The translations under genes and the position numbers were made by a program. A DNA stretch of 64,000 nt from Octopus bimaculoides (taxonomy: Eukaryota): NCBI RefSeq assembly GCF_001194135.2, contig NC_068986.1:32750099-32814098 (forward strand), given 5' to 3'. The notes under the pieces are model-generated. The model was not told the DNA's origin. It did no database searches and was given only the letters and a program-made list of their open reading frames with translations. Of this stretch, positions 1 through 13,999 are shown in pieces. The first letter of the stretch is position 1. Each line of letters starts with the position of its first letter.

Positions 1-87
<87 letters not shown>
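1..87. repeat. (ATG)n microsatellite
   Basis: Perfect ATG trinucleotide run from the window start. Confidence 0.98.
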
Positions 88-89
<2 letters not shown>

Positions 90-102
90 GAATAATAATA
101 AC

Positions 103-200
103 AATTCCTTCTACTAAAGGCACAAGGCCTGAAATTTTGGTGGAGGCAATAATCCGTTGCATCGAACCCAATGCTGTACTGGTACAATTTTATCGATACG
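103..200 (-). mobile_element. SINE family B, 3' fragment
   Basis: CCTTCTACTAAAGGCACAAGGCCTGAAATTT is the reverse complement of the tail of the plus-strand copies at 49205-49700; the adjacent (AAT)n is its tail. Confidence 0.75.
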
Positions 201-858
201 GTCACTCAATATCTTGCCAAATTTAGTTAGAAATCATAACACTTGTCACACCTAAAACAAAACCGTAAATTTCATCGGTGCTCTCAGCCATTAAAGTTGC
301 AAATATACAATTGAGGACGCGCAACAAACGACCAATCTCAAGAAAAATATGCGTAAACAACATCAAATTTGGGACGGGAACGAACGAAGCAAGAACTTCG
401 ATTAGTTTTTTCGACTTTCTATGGTAATGTACTAATAGCAAATCACATCACAGTATATGTTTGTATGTATATACACATACGTATCGTGTATGCACATGTA
501 AATATGTGTTTGTGTGTGCATGTTCAAAGACTCACAAACAGAAGAAAAAACATATATTTATATATAATTGCATGTGCGTTTGCATATATGCATGAATGGG
601 TGCTCAGCGCTTGACCTTTCGTCTCTTAGAATATTTTAGCGAGTGATCAGACATATTGACACCTACGTGACATTCAGTAAAAGAGCGGAACTTTTCGCTC
701 AACTCCATGTCCCAGAAAACGGCTGTCTGGGAGCTTATCTCCTTATGTTAATTTCTTGCTACATATACATGCACGCATTTACATACAGCTATTTCCGTAC
801 ACATATACACACTTATACATACGTATGTGTATGTGTGTGTGTGTGTGTGTGTGTCTGT

Positions 859-898
<40 letters not shown>

Positions 899-1460
899 AT
901 TTGAGTGGATAGGGAGTGATGTATTTTAACTATGAGTTTCTGGGTTAGAGTAACACATGTGATCGGTTTTATGCGTTTGATAATGATGCATTCATCTATA
1001 CTTAAGTAAGGTTTATATGGTTCATGTAATATAGCATGTGGTTTGTAACTGTTTGCTTGACGCTGCCTCTTATAGTATCTATGTGGATAACGCTGTATAG
1101 ATTTGTTTTTGATCAACATTTCCGACCCTATTTAACAGTAAACTGGAAAAGATTCCTGCGCTAGATTAGAAAACCTTAATGAGAAGAGAAACATCAAAAT
1201 CAGGAATGCCAGAGCATGAATTTCGTGCGAGTAGGTAAGCATTTAAATTTCCATAATTGGAAACTTTAGAAAAATCAAAAACGTAGTACATATAACATTT
1301 GCCGATAACTCAATTAGTTAAACTAAGCACTGATATTATTAGCTCAATATGGCTGTCTTTATTGAAAGAAGATATTAAATAACATATAAATATTATATCA
1401 AATAAAATCTTCTTTTAATCCAGTTTTGTACTATTAACATCATACCCAGGAATAAGACAA

Positions 1461-1496
1461 TTGTCGAAGATCGGAGATCAAACCGATCGAAATGTA
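1461..1496 (+). ncRNA. Decayed hammerhead-like motif
   Basis: TTGTCGA-A-GATCGG[agatcaaa]CCGATC-GAAAT-GTA: perfect 6-bp helix II in the correct register. The core is degenerate and helix I is not preserved. Confidence 0.35.
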
Positions 1497-2059
1497 GTGA
1501 ATATATAGATAATTGCAAAAACGTTTCATCTTTAAAAATGAGCTTAATAGTACGAAAAATTATAATTTTATGTGTATGTATAATGAGGTGAAAGCGAATA
1601 GCTTGGTGATTAAGCCGGCGGTTTCATGATTGTAACATCATGTTGTCTATTCCCAGAGCGGTTGATGTTTCTTGTGCAAGGACATAGTACTGCCTTACCC
1701 TATGTTCCATTCTCTGTTTTAGCTTTCTCTTAAATTCTCGAGTACTGTCAGTACAACGGGCAAGGAGCCTTCTCCAAACATCTCAATTGCTCATATTTTT
1801 CGTCTCTCTAGACTTCATTCACGAGGTTTGAGGTTGACCTAAACGCTGCAGCATATATCACTTACACGAGGTCCTGCCTGGTGGGCTCTAAGACCCTCCT
1901 GGATGACCATAACTATGTTGGAATTGTTTTATTTCTTAGCAAAGATAAATTCTTAATGCAGTTATACAAATTGCATTTGATATGATATCGTCCTTCACGG
2001 AGAGCATTTTACTGATAGCTATTATTTACTTGCGTGTGGTGATAATAATAATAAAAATC

Positions 2060-2089
<30 letters not shown>

Positions 2090-2091
<2 letters not shown>

Positions 2092-2250
2092 CCTTCCTAT
2101 TAAAGGCAAAAAGCCTGAAATTTGTAGGGGGAGGACTAGTCGATTGCATCGATCCCAGTGTGTAACTGGTACTTAATTTATTGACCCTAAAAGGATAAAA
2201 GGCAAAGTCGACCTCGGCGGAATTTGAACTCGCAAGGACGAAATGCCGTA
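2090..2250 (-). mobile_element. SINE family B, partial
   Basis: Shares AAAGGCAAAGTCGACCTCGGCGGAATTTGAACTC and the tail with 12273-12485; abuts (AAT)n. Confidence 0.85.
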
Positions 2251-2459
2251 CATTTATCTGTTTCAGCAGAATAGGCATTTTATATGCTATATTCCATACG
2301 TTTTTCCCTGCATTAGTTATCATGTAGGTTATCACAACGCTTCTGTGTGGCGTGGATTTTACCATCCTAGGTTCGGTGTGCACACCCTTCGTGCCCTTCA
2401 TCTCTTTTATTCCATCTTCTTCTCTTCCATTTCCTCAGTCTTCCTCTCTGCCTCTTGTT

Positions 2460-2630
2460 CCTTCTCTCATCATCATCACGATCATCATCATTGTCATCGC
2501 TGCTTCCTCCTCCTCCTCCTCCTCCTCCTCCTCCTATTCCTCTTCTTCATCATCATCCTCATCACCATCATCGTCATCATCGTCGTCGTCGTCGTCATCA
2601 TCATCATCGGCGTTATCAGTAGCAAGTTCA
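2460..2630. repeat. Compound (CAT)/(CCT)/(CGT) microsatellite
   Basis: Trinucleotide runs; source of the poly-Ser/His/Ile ORFs. Confidence 0.9.
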
Positions 2631-2854
2631 TCATCTTTTATCATAGTTCATCTTTTCATTACACACTCGCCTTTACCGCTAAATTCCTCCACCCTCTACA
2701 AATACACCCATCTCTGGCTCCCCCCCCCCTCCACCTACCACTTTTCGCACATTTCATTTCCAAACGTTACACCTAACTTACCGGAACCCCCGAACTAATT
2801 ACAAACCAAAGTTACTAATACAACCACTAAAACAAAAGTCACCAGCAGTAGGAA

Positions 2855-3328
2855 TGGAGGAGGAGGAGGAGGAGGGGAAGAAGAAGAAGAAGAAGAAGAA
2901 GAAGGGGAGAGAAGAAGCGGAAGAAGAAGAAGAAGAAGAAGAAGGGGGAGAGAAGAAGAGGAAGAGGAAGAAGAAGAAGAAGAAGAAGAAGGGGGGAGAA
3001 GAAGAAGAAGAAGAAGAAGGGGGGAGAAGAAGAAGAAGAAGAAGGGGGAGAGAAGAAGAAGAAGAATAAAAAGAAGAAGAATAAAAAGAAGAAGAATAAA
3101 AAGAAGAAGAAGAAGAAGAAGAAGAGGGAGGAGAATAAGAAAGGGAAGAAGTAGAAGAGGAAGAAGAAGAAGAAGAAGAGGAGAAGAGGGAGGAGAATAA
3201 GAAAGGGAAGAAGTAGAAGAAGAAGAAGAAGAAGAAGAAAAATAAAACGACGCCAGCAACAACAACAAAAGATAAACAGCTAATACCACAACTAAATCAA
3301 AAACGAAGTGGTGAAGAAGAAAAGTAGC

Positions 3329-3375
<47 letters not shown>

Positions 3376-3420
3376 CGGCTGCAGCAACAGCAGCAGCAGC
3401 GGCGGCGGCAGTGGTAGCAA
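2855..3420. repeat. Polypurine (AAG/GAG)n tract followed by (AGT)n/(AGC)n
   Basis: About 390 nt almost entirely of purines, with recurring GGGGGAGAAGAAG sub-units, then (AGT)n. Confidence 0.95.
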
Positions 3421-3735
3421 CTGCCGACATATCGGAACGGCGGTTAGGTGAGGCGATAAAACCACTAATTATACATTAGTGAAAAATCAATAATAGTATC
3501 TGGTGTATAATTGTATACTAGGCGGAAGTTGTTGATTTTAATTGAATTGTGGGATAGAATTAAAAACATCACGAAAGATAGTCCGGGCGCCTGGTTGGGT
3601 TTTGTTAGTATTTGCGAACGAAAGATCTGAGGAATTTGTGGTTGTCTGCTAGCCTGGCTCTCTACTAACTTTATCCTCCAACTAAGCGGTGGCCCGATTG
3701 GCTAAATATCCATCCATCTATCTATCTATCTATCC

Positions 3736-3782
<47 letters not shown>

Positions 3783-3996
3783 ATAACATGTGTAATATGC
3801 GCGTGCTGGTGTATTTGTGTATACATACATGTGCCTGTATATGTGTGTCTCTATATATATGTGCATATATATATATATATACATATATACATACATATAT
3901 ATGTATGTATGCATGAGTGTATGTATATACACATGCATACGTATATAAGTATATATATAAAAGTATATATTTTATATGCAGTTAATTCTATGTCCA

Positions 3997-4060
3997 GTCA
4001 GTGACCAATGGTTTCGCATCCATAAAGGGCCTAACCGCATGGAGGACTCGTCAGTCTCTC
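3997..4060 (-). ncRNA. Decayed type I hammerhead motif
   Basis: Minus strand reads CTGACGA, G-C-closed helix II (TCCAT/ATGGA), GAAAC-C-ATT-G-GTC. Helix I is poorly paired. Flanked by (TA)n. Confidence 0.45.
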
Positions 4061-4063
4061 AAA

Positions 4064-4116
<53 letters not shown>

Positions 4117-4951
4117 CATATGCATGTATGTGTATGCATGTATGTGTATGCATGTATGTGTATGCATGTGTATATGTATGTATGTACCCATGTATGTATG
4201 TACCCATGTATGTACATACATACATACATACATACATACATACATACATACATACATACATACACACATACATATATAAGTACGTACGTTCGTACGTTCA
4301 TAATTCTTTCTTCATCTTTTCAAGGCTTTGGAGACATGTAGAGTGAAGAGACTAAGGTCCTCATTGCAGGAACCCATATCTGAATCGGTCGTTCTGAGGG
4401 ACCAGACACTCACTTGTTCTATCAATTCAGCAATCTACAAGTGGAGCTGAGTACTCCGCGGACACATGCACCATTGACATTATGATCGGGGAAAACTGGG
4501 GTGAGATAGTTTATGATGATTTAAGAAGGGCTTAGAAGGGCTTCTCTATATTTTCCATCTACCTGATATCACCCAGTAGGTATGTATCGATGCAGGGATA
4601 TGAAAAGTGATATGAGCACAATATGCTACGCAATGGGATTGAAACCGGGATCTTGTGGTTACGATGCATACTTCTTAGCCAGTTGGCCGATTGTTATGTG
4701 TTGTTGTGCAGATATTAATGTGAGTAGAATACATACATACATACATACATATATATATATACATACATACATACATACACAATATATGTATATATGTGTG
4801 TGTGTATGTGTGTGTATAATATATCTATATATATATACACACGCACATACACACACATGTACATATACAAATATATATACATGTAATAAATATTTATATA
4901 CATGCACGCATAAACGTATACTTATACAAATATATGTGTGTTTGTGCGCGC

Positions 4952-4998
<47 letters not shown>

Positions 4999-5394
4999 TA
5001 ATATATATACATACATGTATATATATGTGTGTGTGAATGTGTGTGTGTGTATGTACGTAACTCATTGAAATATCTGTACACAAACACGTATACATACATC
5101 TCCGCACTTGTTTAAATACGCATTCTGACACAGACCCACACACACACGCACACACGCACACACGCACGCGCGCACGCACGCCAGCACCCACGCACGCGCA
5201 CACACAGATTGCCAGATTGGTCTGTGATGTGTAATAGCTGCGACTCTGGCCTTTCCTTTGATAATGAGAAAGCAGTCTCATTGCAAAGGATGTAACAGAC
5301 ATCAATGGAATTTCGTTTCATGTTGGCCAAGAATCAGTGACGTTGGATTAATTCTAGTGTAATCGTGTCACCGGGGGCATGGGATGGGATAGAG

Positions 5395-6129
5395 AGGAGA
5401 AGAAGAGAGGGGGAGAGAGGAGAAGAAGAGAGGGGGAGAGAGAGAGAGAGAGGCGGTGGAAGATATAGATTGGAAGTAGTAGTAGTAGTAGGAGGTGGGG
5501 CAGGAGGAGGGGTGGCGAGTGAGAATAATGAATAAAGAGCGGCGGGGAGTAGGACGAGGAGATGTAAGGAGGAGGAGAAGGAGAAGTAGAGAAGGGAAGG
5601 ATAGATAAGGAAATGATGTTAGATGAGGTGCAGAAAGAGAAGTAGTAAAGAGGTAGGGTGAGAGGAAAGGGAGGGGCAAGCGCGTTAACTAGTTGTGGTA
5701 GTCCTTCATGATGATAGTGATGGTGGTGGTGGTGGGAGTGGTGGTGGTGATGGCCTAGTGGTGGTGCTCTTGTAGTGGTGGTGGTGGTGGTAGTGGTGGT
5801 TGTGGCAGTGATGGTGGTGGCGGCGGTAGTGGTAGGATGATGATGATGAAGATGATGGTGATGATGATGATGGTGATCAAGAAGCGACGATAACAACGAT
5901 GATGATGACGATGACGACGATGACGACGACAATGATATTGGTGATAAAATTTATGACGATGATGGTGGTGGTGATGATGATGATGATGATGATGATGACG
6001 GTATGGATACAGATTGTGGCGATGATGATGACGATAATCATGATGAGGTTGACAATGATGATACAGTTGATGGCGATGCTGACGATGCTGATGACGACGA
6101 TGATGATAATAATGGTGGTGGTAATGAAG

Positions 6130-6162
<33 letters not shown>

Positions 6163-7280
6163 GTGATGATGACGACGATTACTGCGATGATGATGATGAT
6201 GGTGATGATAATGATCATGATAATGATGATCATGATCCTGATCATGATCATAATCATCATGCTCCTCCTCCTCCTCCTCCTCCTCCTCATCATCATCATC
6301 ACCATCATCATCATCTTCAACATCATCATCATGTCTATGACGTGACGATGGACGGTTGGAGCGAATATGATTGGCTGCTACTGATGCGCTTTTCCTTTGC
6401 GGTGTTGCGGTGTTGCTATTGCCTGGTGGTGGCCGTAGTAGCGATGGTGGTGACGGTGATAGATAGTGATGATGGTCGGTTTGGTAGTAACGGATGGGGC
6501 GGGGAGGGAATAAAGCTTTGGGTGTAAAGACAGTAGTGATATTTGTAGTTACTGTTGCTGCTGTTGTTGTTGTTATTGTAATTGTTGTTGTAATTGTTAT
6601 TATTGTTGGTATTGTCATTGTTGTGAACACACTGCTATGAAGAGAGAACATCTAGTCAATATTGGATAGCGAAACAACCCTTATAAACCATTACTCGGTT
6701 ATTGTTGTTGTTGTTGTTGTTGTTGCTCTAATGTTATGTAGTGCAATTGCGTAGTAATATAGTTCCGTATGGCGAGAGAGTAATTATTACAAGGTGGTGG
6801 TTGTGTGGCTGTCGTTAGGGTTAATGCTAGTGAAGTGTAGCGGAATGTTTTCAAAATTTTCCATACTTCAAGTGGATGTTAAATAATGCTTCAAGACCAG
6901 AATACACACCAATATTTCAATATTTACAAGTAATAAAGCGATTGGTTTGATCTTTTCGTCGAAGTTCGGTTACTTCCGTCTGTCATGGTGATAGTCACGT
7001 TGTTCAAGGTATATTGGTGCTAGCCATATTAGTATTGGTGGTGGCAGTGGTGGTGATGGTGGTGGTGGTGGTGGTGGTGGTGGTGGTGCTCGTCGTCGTT
7101 GTCGTGGTGTTATTGCTTCTTAATACTGTTGAATAGTGTGGTGGTGGTGGTGGTACTTTGCTATTGCGTTTTAATACTAATTTCTGCTTTAGAATTGTGG
7201 TTGATATTTTTGCTGTTCCTGTTGCTGTTGCGGTTGTGGATGTTGTTCTTATTATTGATGATAATGATGACTGATGGTGG

Positions 7281-7351
<71 letters not shown>

Positions 7352-7681
7352 GTCGTAGCGGTAGTAGTTGAGAAGGGATGAAAAGTAATATTCATGACGA
7401 TGATGACGATGATGATGACGTTGATGACGTCGACGACGACGATGATGAAAATGATGTGGACAACGACGATGACGACGATGTCGATGGTGGTGGTGGTAGT
7501 GGTGGTGGTGGTGGTGGTGGTGATGGAGGTGGTGTGGTGTGGTGTGGTCGTCGTGGTCATCGATGTGGTGGTGGCGGCGCCCACGCCGGCAGCCGTGATA
7601 GTGGCGGCGTCGACGGCAGCAGCCGTGGTGATGGTAGTGGCGGTGGTAGTGATGGTGGCAGCCGTAGTGGTAGTAATGAGA

Positions 7682-7760
<79 letters not shown>
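5395..7760. repeat. Large compound microsatellite field (GA, GGT, GAT, GAC, CAT, GTT)
   Basis: Contiguous trinucleotide and purine runs; source of the homopolymeric ORFs. Confidence 0.95.
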
Positions 7761-7762
<2 letters not shown>

Positions 7763-8433
7763 CTTTTGATCTTGATATCAGAGTAGCTTTATCTTAAGTA
7801 AGACAGGTAAAGAGAGAAAGCGCCCAATGCCGTTTGCATGGCCTTCACCACCAATGGAGAGACTACATCTTAAACGGTTAAAGCATAAGGAAGCCAGAGC
7901 TGCGTGTGCATCAGAATATCATGTTTTCCTTAGAATACAGACCTCGTTTGTATGCATGCAACAGCATGTAGCGAACTCCATTAAAGTCACCCAAGAACTG
8001 GATGATAATATTCTTAGTCAGAGTGACATATGAAGGCACAATGGCTGTTGTGTTGTTGCATTGATGAGAAATGAGCTCAACGCCATGATTAAATTTCGAA
8101 CTATTGTCCCGTTATTTGTTTTACTGACTTAAGACGACCTTCAAGATTATCTTTGGCGAAATCAGAGCTTCCAATCAAGTGAGGCATCCGTCTCTGTTAA
8201 TACCGAGATTGCCGTTGTCATTTGGCCATCACATTCAACCAAAACAATTCGCAAGATTGCAAATAAAAGTAGAAATATTTGATATAGACAAGAAATAATG
8301 ATGATTGCTGTGCTGCAGTTGGAAATGAAATTGCCTGCGATAGACCATCGTCTTTTTTACAGTGAAGTTACTATAAAACGCATAACGGTAGATTACTTAA
8401 ATTCATACACACACACATACGCACACACTCACA

Positions 8434-8476
<43 letters not shown>

Positions 8477-8482
<6 letters not shown>

Positions 8483-8724
8483 ACTTTTTTACTTTTTTAC
8501 TTGTTTCAGTCATTTGACCGTCTTTAGTCGAGAAAATCGACCCCAGGACTTATTCTTTGTAAGCCTAGTACTTATTCTATCGGTCTCTTTTTGCCGAACC
8601 GCTAAGTTATGGGGACGTAAACACACCAGCACCGGTTGTCAAGTGATGGTGGCGGGACAAATACAGACACACAAACACACATACATATATATATATACAT
8701 ATATACGACGAGCTTCTTTCAGTT
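8477..8724 (-). mobile_element. SINE family A, 3' half
   Basis: TTACTTGTTTCAGTCATTTGAC...GACCCCAGGACTTATTCTTTGTAAGCCTAG matches 17614-18021 and the reverse complement of 56181-56617. Confidence 0.9.
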
Positions 8725-8787
8725 TATATATATATGTATGTACGCATGTATGTATACATGTGTATGTGTGTGCATATGCATGTATAT

Positions 8788-8818
<31 letters not shown>

Positions 8819-10126
8819 TANNNNNNNNNNNNNNNNNNNNNNNNNNNNNNNNNNNNNNTATATATACAAAGGCATCCCCACAAGCACACATATATACATA
8901 TATACACACACATATAACTGAACGCTGCTATGGCTGTGAGATATTTCTGGTTCAATCTCACAGTGTTTTATATTCAACTAGTGTCTTTTTATTTCAGACT
9001 CAGCTGAGCGTGACCCAAGCATTATGAGTAAAATTGACAGAAACTGTGCAGAAGCCGTTTGGACGAATTCGTAGAAGTAGTTGTGTGACCCAGCTTTATA
9101 GTAAACCGTGTTACACCGTTAACACCTGAGTTTCTCATTAAGGACACGTGTTTTTGGAATTCTCACTATTAACACGCTAATCCAACGAGGAGACTATCCG
9201 TTGATCGAACATTTGGAACACTCATCGTCGAAAGCGGCGGTAATCCATTTATGTGTCGTTATTATGTTAATGTGCTTCGTGTTGTGGGTTTTCATTTTCA
9301 ATGCTTGTATATTTAATGTACGAGTCATGCCTTATTAGCATTCGATTGAAGTTTGTAATATCTATGTAATGAGTGCAGCTGAGTTTCATGTATATTATAA
9401 GGCTGTTCTCTTTTAGCAGAGTGTAATTTGGGATTTGCGGTTAGCCTGTCATATGATTGCTTTATTACTTTCAGTATTTCGGCAGTATATTTCCATAAAG
9501 ATGCCCAATAATGAAGTATGGCTTCAGTTTTTTTCTGTTCATTTTTTTTCCTTATATTTACGCGTTTTACACTTCTTTTGTGAAGTGTTATAATTTTCCA
9601 GTGTTCTTTATATTCTGCACGAAACACAGTCTTTGAGAGGGGAGATTATTGGGTGTACTTCCGGTTGTTATTTTATGATTTGTTGTGATGTATGCCACGT
9701 CTATGTGAGTTTATGATAAATGCTGTTGTAGTCTGTCTATATTTGCGTAAGTATAGAATTTTTTAACGATTCTAGAATCATCTGAATGATATGTCGTGTC
9801 GGTGCTTTCGTAGTGATGCGTTGTGTTGGTCTTCCACGTGTCACGGCTGGTATTGTAAGATGCTTTGTTCATTTCTGTGACTCGAATTTATATTGCTTCA
9901 CTGGTTCCAGCGCTTCGACTTTGACCATTCTGATCACTATTGTGGCATATCATGTGAAGGACTCAGTCTGGGTTTCATACACTTTTAAGAAATTAGGGAA
10001 TTTTTATTCATTCTTTTCTACAGGTATAGTACAAATGGCAGCTTGGTGTCTGGCGCAAATACGAGCACCAAAAGCTGCAATATAAAAATAACTCTCAGGC
10101 TCTCTCTCTTCCTTTCTCACTCTGTT

Positions 10127-10173
<47 letters not shown>

Positions 10174-11886
10174 TTCTCTGTCTTTCTCTCTTACAGATGT
10201 TATGTGATGGATGATCCACTAGGTCAAAAGCGAAAGTGTATACAAGGTGTCCCATATCTACTTCCGAGTACATGGGCATCTGAAAAAATAAGCGAAATCA
10301 TAGTAATAATCTTCACAAATCAGACGACTATCCGAGTGATGTGCACGTTCCAAGAGGTAGCACTCTAACAAACAGACACAGTGACATGTTTAACAACGGT
10401 CAAGTAGGTTGGAAAAATGTTTTGCCGTCTGCTGCCTCAAGAAATCACTTAGCTTCTTTCTTAAAATCGTTCGAAATATCCAACATCTACTGAAACGAGC
10501 GAATCAATACGCTTTCGGTGATTTATAGTGCGAACTCTGCCCGCCTGATCCTCAGAGTGGACAAGCAATTAATTTTCACGGGTGTAATATATAACATAAA
10601 ATTAGCTAGCGGATGTAAATACTTTTGTGTATATACTCTTGTGTATACTATCATGCGTGTAAGTTTTAGAATGTATGATTATGTATGTGTATTTAGAGAT
10701 TTACGAAAAAAGCTAACCGTATGTCGAAAACTAATTATGTTTACATAAATAATTTTTCAAGTCGTATGATTAACTATATTTTATATAATGATGAATATAT
10801 GTGTTTATGGGTAAGTATGTATATAAATAGTAGCATGGATACACACACACACACGCGCGCAAGCACACACTCACACACACACACATACAAACACACAAGC
10901 ACACACATACACAAACACACAAGCACACATGCATGCATATATGGATATGTGTACATGTAAGAGTATTACATTATATGTATGTATGTGTGTGTGAGTGTGT
11001 GTGGGCGCGCATATGGGAATATATATATACATATAAATGCGTGAATATATGTATATAAATCTTCATGTATGTATGTATCTATTTATCTATCTATATATAA
11101 TTATGCACAAACACGCGTATACATACATATGTATATATGTATATGTGTATATATATATATATGTGTGTGTCTCTCTCTCTCTATATATGTGTGTATATAT
11201 ATTATTGTATATATGCACACACATATATATATATACATACATATATATTTGTATATATGTATATATACATACATATATATTTGTACATGTATATATATAT
11301 NNNNNNNNNNNNNNNNNNNNNNNNNNNNNNNNNNNNNNNNNNNNNNNNNNNNNNNNNNNNNNNNNNNNNNNNNNNNNNNNNNNNNNNNNNNNNNNNNNNN
11401 NNNNNNNNNNNNNNNCATACATATATGTATATTTATAAATGCATAGCACACTCTCATCCACACACACACACATACACACACACAAACACGCACTAATATT
11501 AACAGAAGAAATTAGTAATTAAAGTCCATAATATCATCACAACTAAAAATAAATAACAAACAAAGAATATAAAAAGAAACGCAAAAAAAATATCACAATA
11601 ACTACCGAAAGCTCTGACAGCGCCAACATAGCAAGCCGATGGCTATAAAGATTTTATCAGATGATGTAAGACATTTTGTCTGCTTTCATTAATTACCAAA
11701 CCACAAAACCGCAATAATTTTCATAAATCCATCGCTAGCTCATCAGCCAACAAAAACAACAACCACAGGAAGAGCAAACGTGAACACTTACACATGAGGA
11801 ACTGCGCACGATGGATTGTGCCCAGTACGACGCTGGCAGCACACACGTGTGCCACATATATTCACCAACGTACATAAAGAGAAAGA

Positions 11887-12125
11887 GCGTGACCTGGTGT
11901 TCAGGTTGTTACACGGGCGATCGCTATATCGCGGGTTCGATCCTTTGACAAGGCGGCGCGTTGTGTTTTTGAGGGAAAATGTGTAATTTCACGTTACTCC
12001 AGTCCACCTTGCTTTGTTCGCTGAGACAGCCGGGTGACGTCATCTGAAGGCAACATCACTACAAAAGCGCGTTGTTACCAGCGATGTGTAACAATATCTG
12101 GTACCCTGGTCGGTCACATGATCCG
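11887..12125 (+). mobile_element. Diverged tRNA-derived SINE
   Basis: B-box-like GGGTTCGATCC, then TTGTGTTTTTGAG...TTTCACGTTACTCCAGTCCAC shared with 35582-35730 and with the reverse of 46330-46549. Confidence 0.65.
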
Positions 12126-12272
12126 TGACATAAACTGATACCGTAGTTTGGATACCTACGCCAGGCTTGGCAACGTCGTTTGAGAAAAGAAAAGGCTATG
12201 GCTGCCTATAGAGATGAAGAAGGCATTTCGTTAACAATGTGAAAATGGAAATGAATCGTGTGACAATATATT

Positions 12273-12485
12273 TTTTCTACTCTAGGCCCAAGGCCCGAAA
12301 TTTTGCGGGAGGTTGTCAGTCGATTATATGGACCCCAGTGCGTAACTGGTAAATAATTTATCGACCCCGAAAGGATGAAAGGCAAAGTCAACCTCGGCGG
12401 AATTTGAACTCAGAACATAACGACAGACGAAATACCGCTAAGCATTTCGGCCGGCCTGCTAACGTTTCTGCCAGCTCGCCGCCTT
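12273..12485 (-). mobile_element. SINE family B, near full length
   Basis: Reverse complement begins AAGGCGGCGAGCTGGCAGAAACGTTAGCA (A-box-like) and contains GAGTTCAAATTCC (B-box-like). Confidence 0.92.
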
Positions 12486-12815
12486 GTCGTGTAACAATAT
12501 TAACAGCGAGAATGGGACTAAAACGAACAGGAACAGGATTGCAACAAGTGTAAGAAACAGTGGAACAATAGGATAGAAAATGCAATGACGACAACTTCAG
12601 CAATCACAGCAGCGGTAGCAGCAGTAGCAGCAGTAGCAGCAGTCGCAATTATAACAGCAACAAAAGGCTGCTTCGATTTAAAAGGATAAGTACAGTGAGC
12701 AGCAATATGGGACCTCGTTTGGAAAAGAAATAGACAAAAGAGAGGCGTCAACAAATAAAAATAAACTATCAGACCATAAAAACTGACAGACGGACAGGCA
12801 GACAGACAGACAGAC

Positions 12816-12869
<54 letters not shown>

Positions 12870-13269
12870 AGGGTTAGGATAAAGAGATAGCGAGGTAGAT
12901 AGAAATAAACTAAATATACACACAGGACTTTCTCCATAATTATATATACATGCTATTGTGTGACTATGTGCTAGTCCACGAAATATATATATATATATAT
13001 ATATATAATCTGCTTGTATATATGTATGTATAATATGCATGTATATATGTATGTATAATATGCATGTATATATGTATGTATAAATGCATATATTTATGTG
13101 TATGTATGTGGGTGTTCGTGCTGTACAGTTATGTGGAGTTGTATACATATTATCCTTATACACACTCTCCCGCAAATGCATTTGTATATTATTTAAATGC
13201 AAATTAAGCAAGTAGGAACAGCGATAATTCATAAAGTGAAAGAAAAATTGCAAATCAATTAAGAATGTT

Positions 13270-13317
<48 letters not shown>

Positions 13318-13513
13318 ATGGTGGTGTTGGTGGTGGTGGTGATAATAGTAATGAAGGTATAAACATTTTCAGTTAAATTCCAAACATCGCCTAACAATGG
13401 AACTTTTCTTATACGAAATCTAATAAATATACACATATATATTCACACACACACACACACATATATATATGTATATACACATATATATACGAGTACACAC
13501 GTATGTATATCTG

Positions 13514-13546
<33 letters not shown>

Positions 13547-13957
13547 NNNNNNNNNNNNNNNNNNNNNNNNNNNNNNNNNNNNNNNNNNNNNNNNNNNNNN
13601 NNNNNNNNNNNNNNNNNNNNNNNNNNNNNNNNNNNNNNNNNNNNNNNNNNNNNNNNNNNNNNNNNNNNNNNNNNNNNNNNNNNNNNNNNNNNNNNNNNNN
13701 NNNNNNNNNNNNNNNNNNNNNNNNNNNNNNNNNNNNNNNNNNNNNNNNNNNNNNNNNNNNNNNNNNNNNNNNNNNNNNNNNNNNNNNNNNNNNNNNNNNN
13801 NNNNNNNNNNNNNNNNNNNNNNNNNNNNNNNNNNNNNNNNNNNNNNNNNNNNNNNNNNNNNNNNNNNNNNNNNNNNNNNNNNNNNNNNNNNNNNNNNNNN
13901 NNNNNNNNNNNNNNNNNNNNNNNNNNNNNNNNNNNNNNNNNNNNNNNNNNNNNNNNN

Positions 13958-13958
<1 letters not shown>

Positions 13959-13999
<41 letters not shown>

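Noticed and set aside
1170-1234. Open frame ending in a strong AG|GTAAGC donor
   Set aside because: No polypyrimidine acceptor and no recognisable peptide.
5245-5285. Hairpin CCTTTG-AT-AATGAGA/TCTCATT-G-CAAAGG
   Set aside because: An isolated short stem, too short for a pre-miRNA and lacking a ribozyme core.
10240-10260. TATACAAGGTGTCCCA, resembling a Tc1/mariner end
   Set aside because: No partner inverted repeat found nearby.
10505-10560. Minus-strand CTGAGGA…CCGAAAGCGTA
   Set aside because: Helix I does not pair and helix III has a G-G mismatch; consistent with chance.
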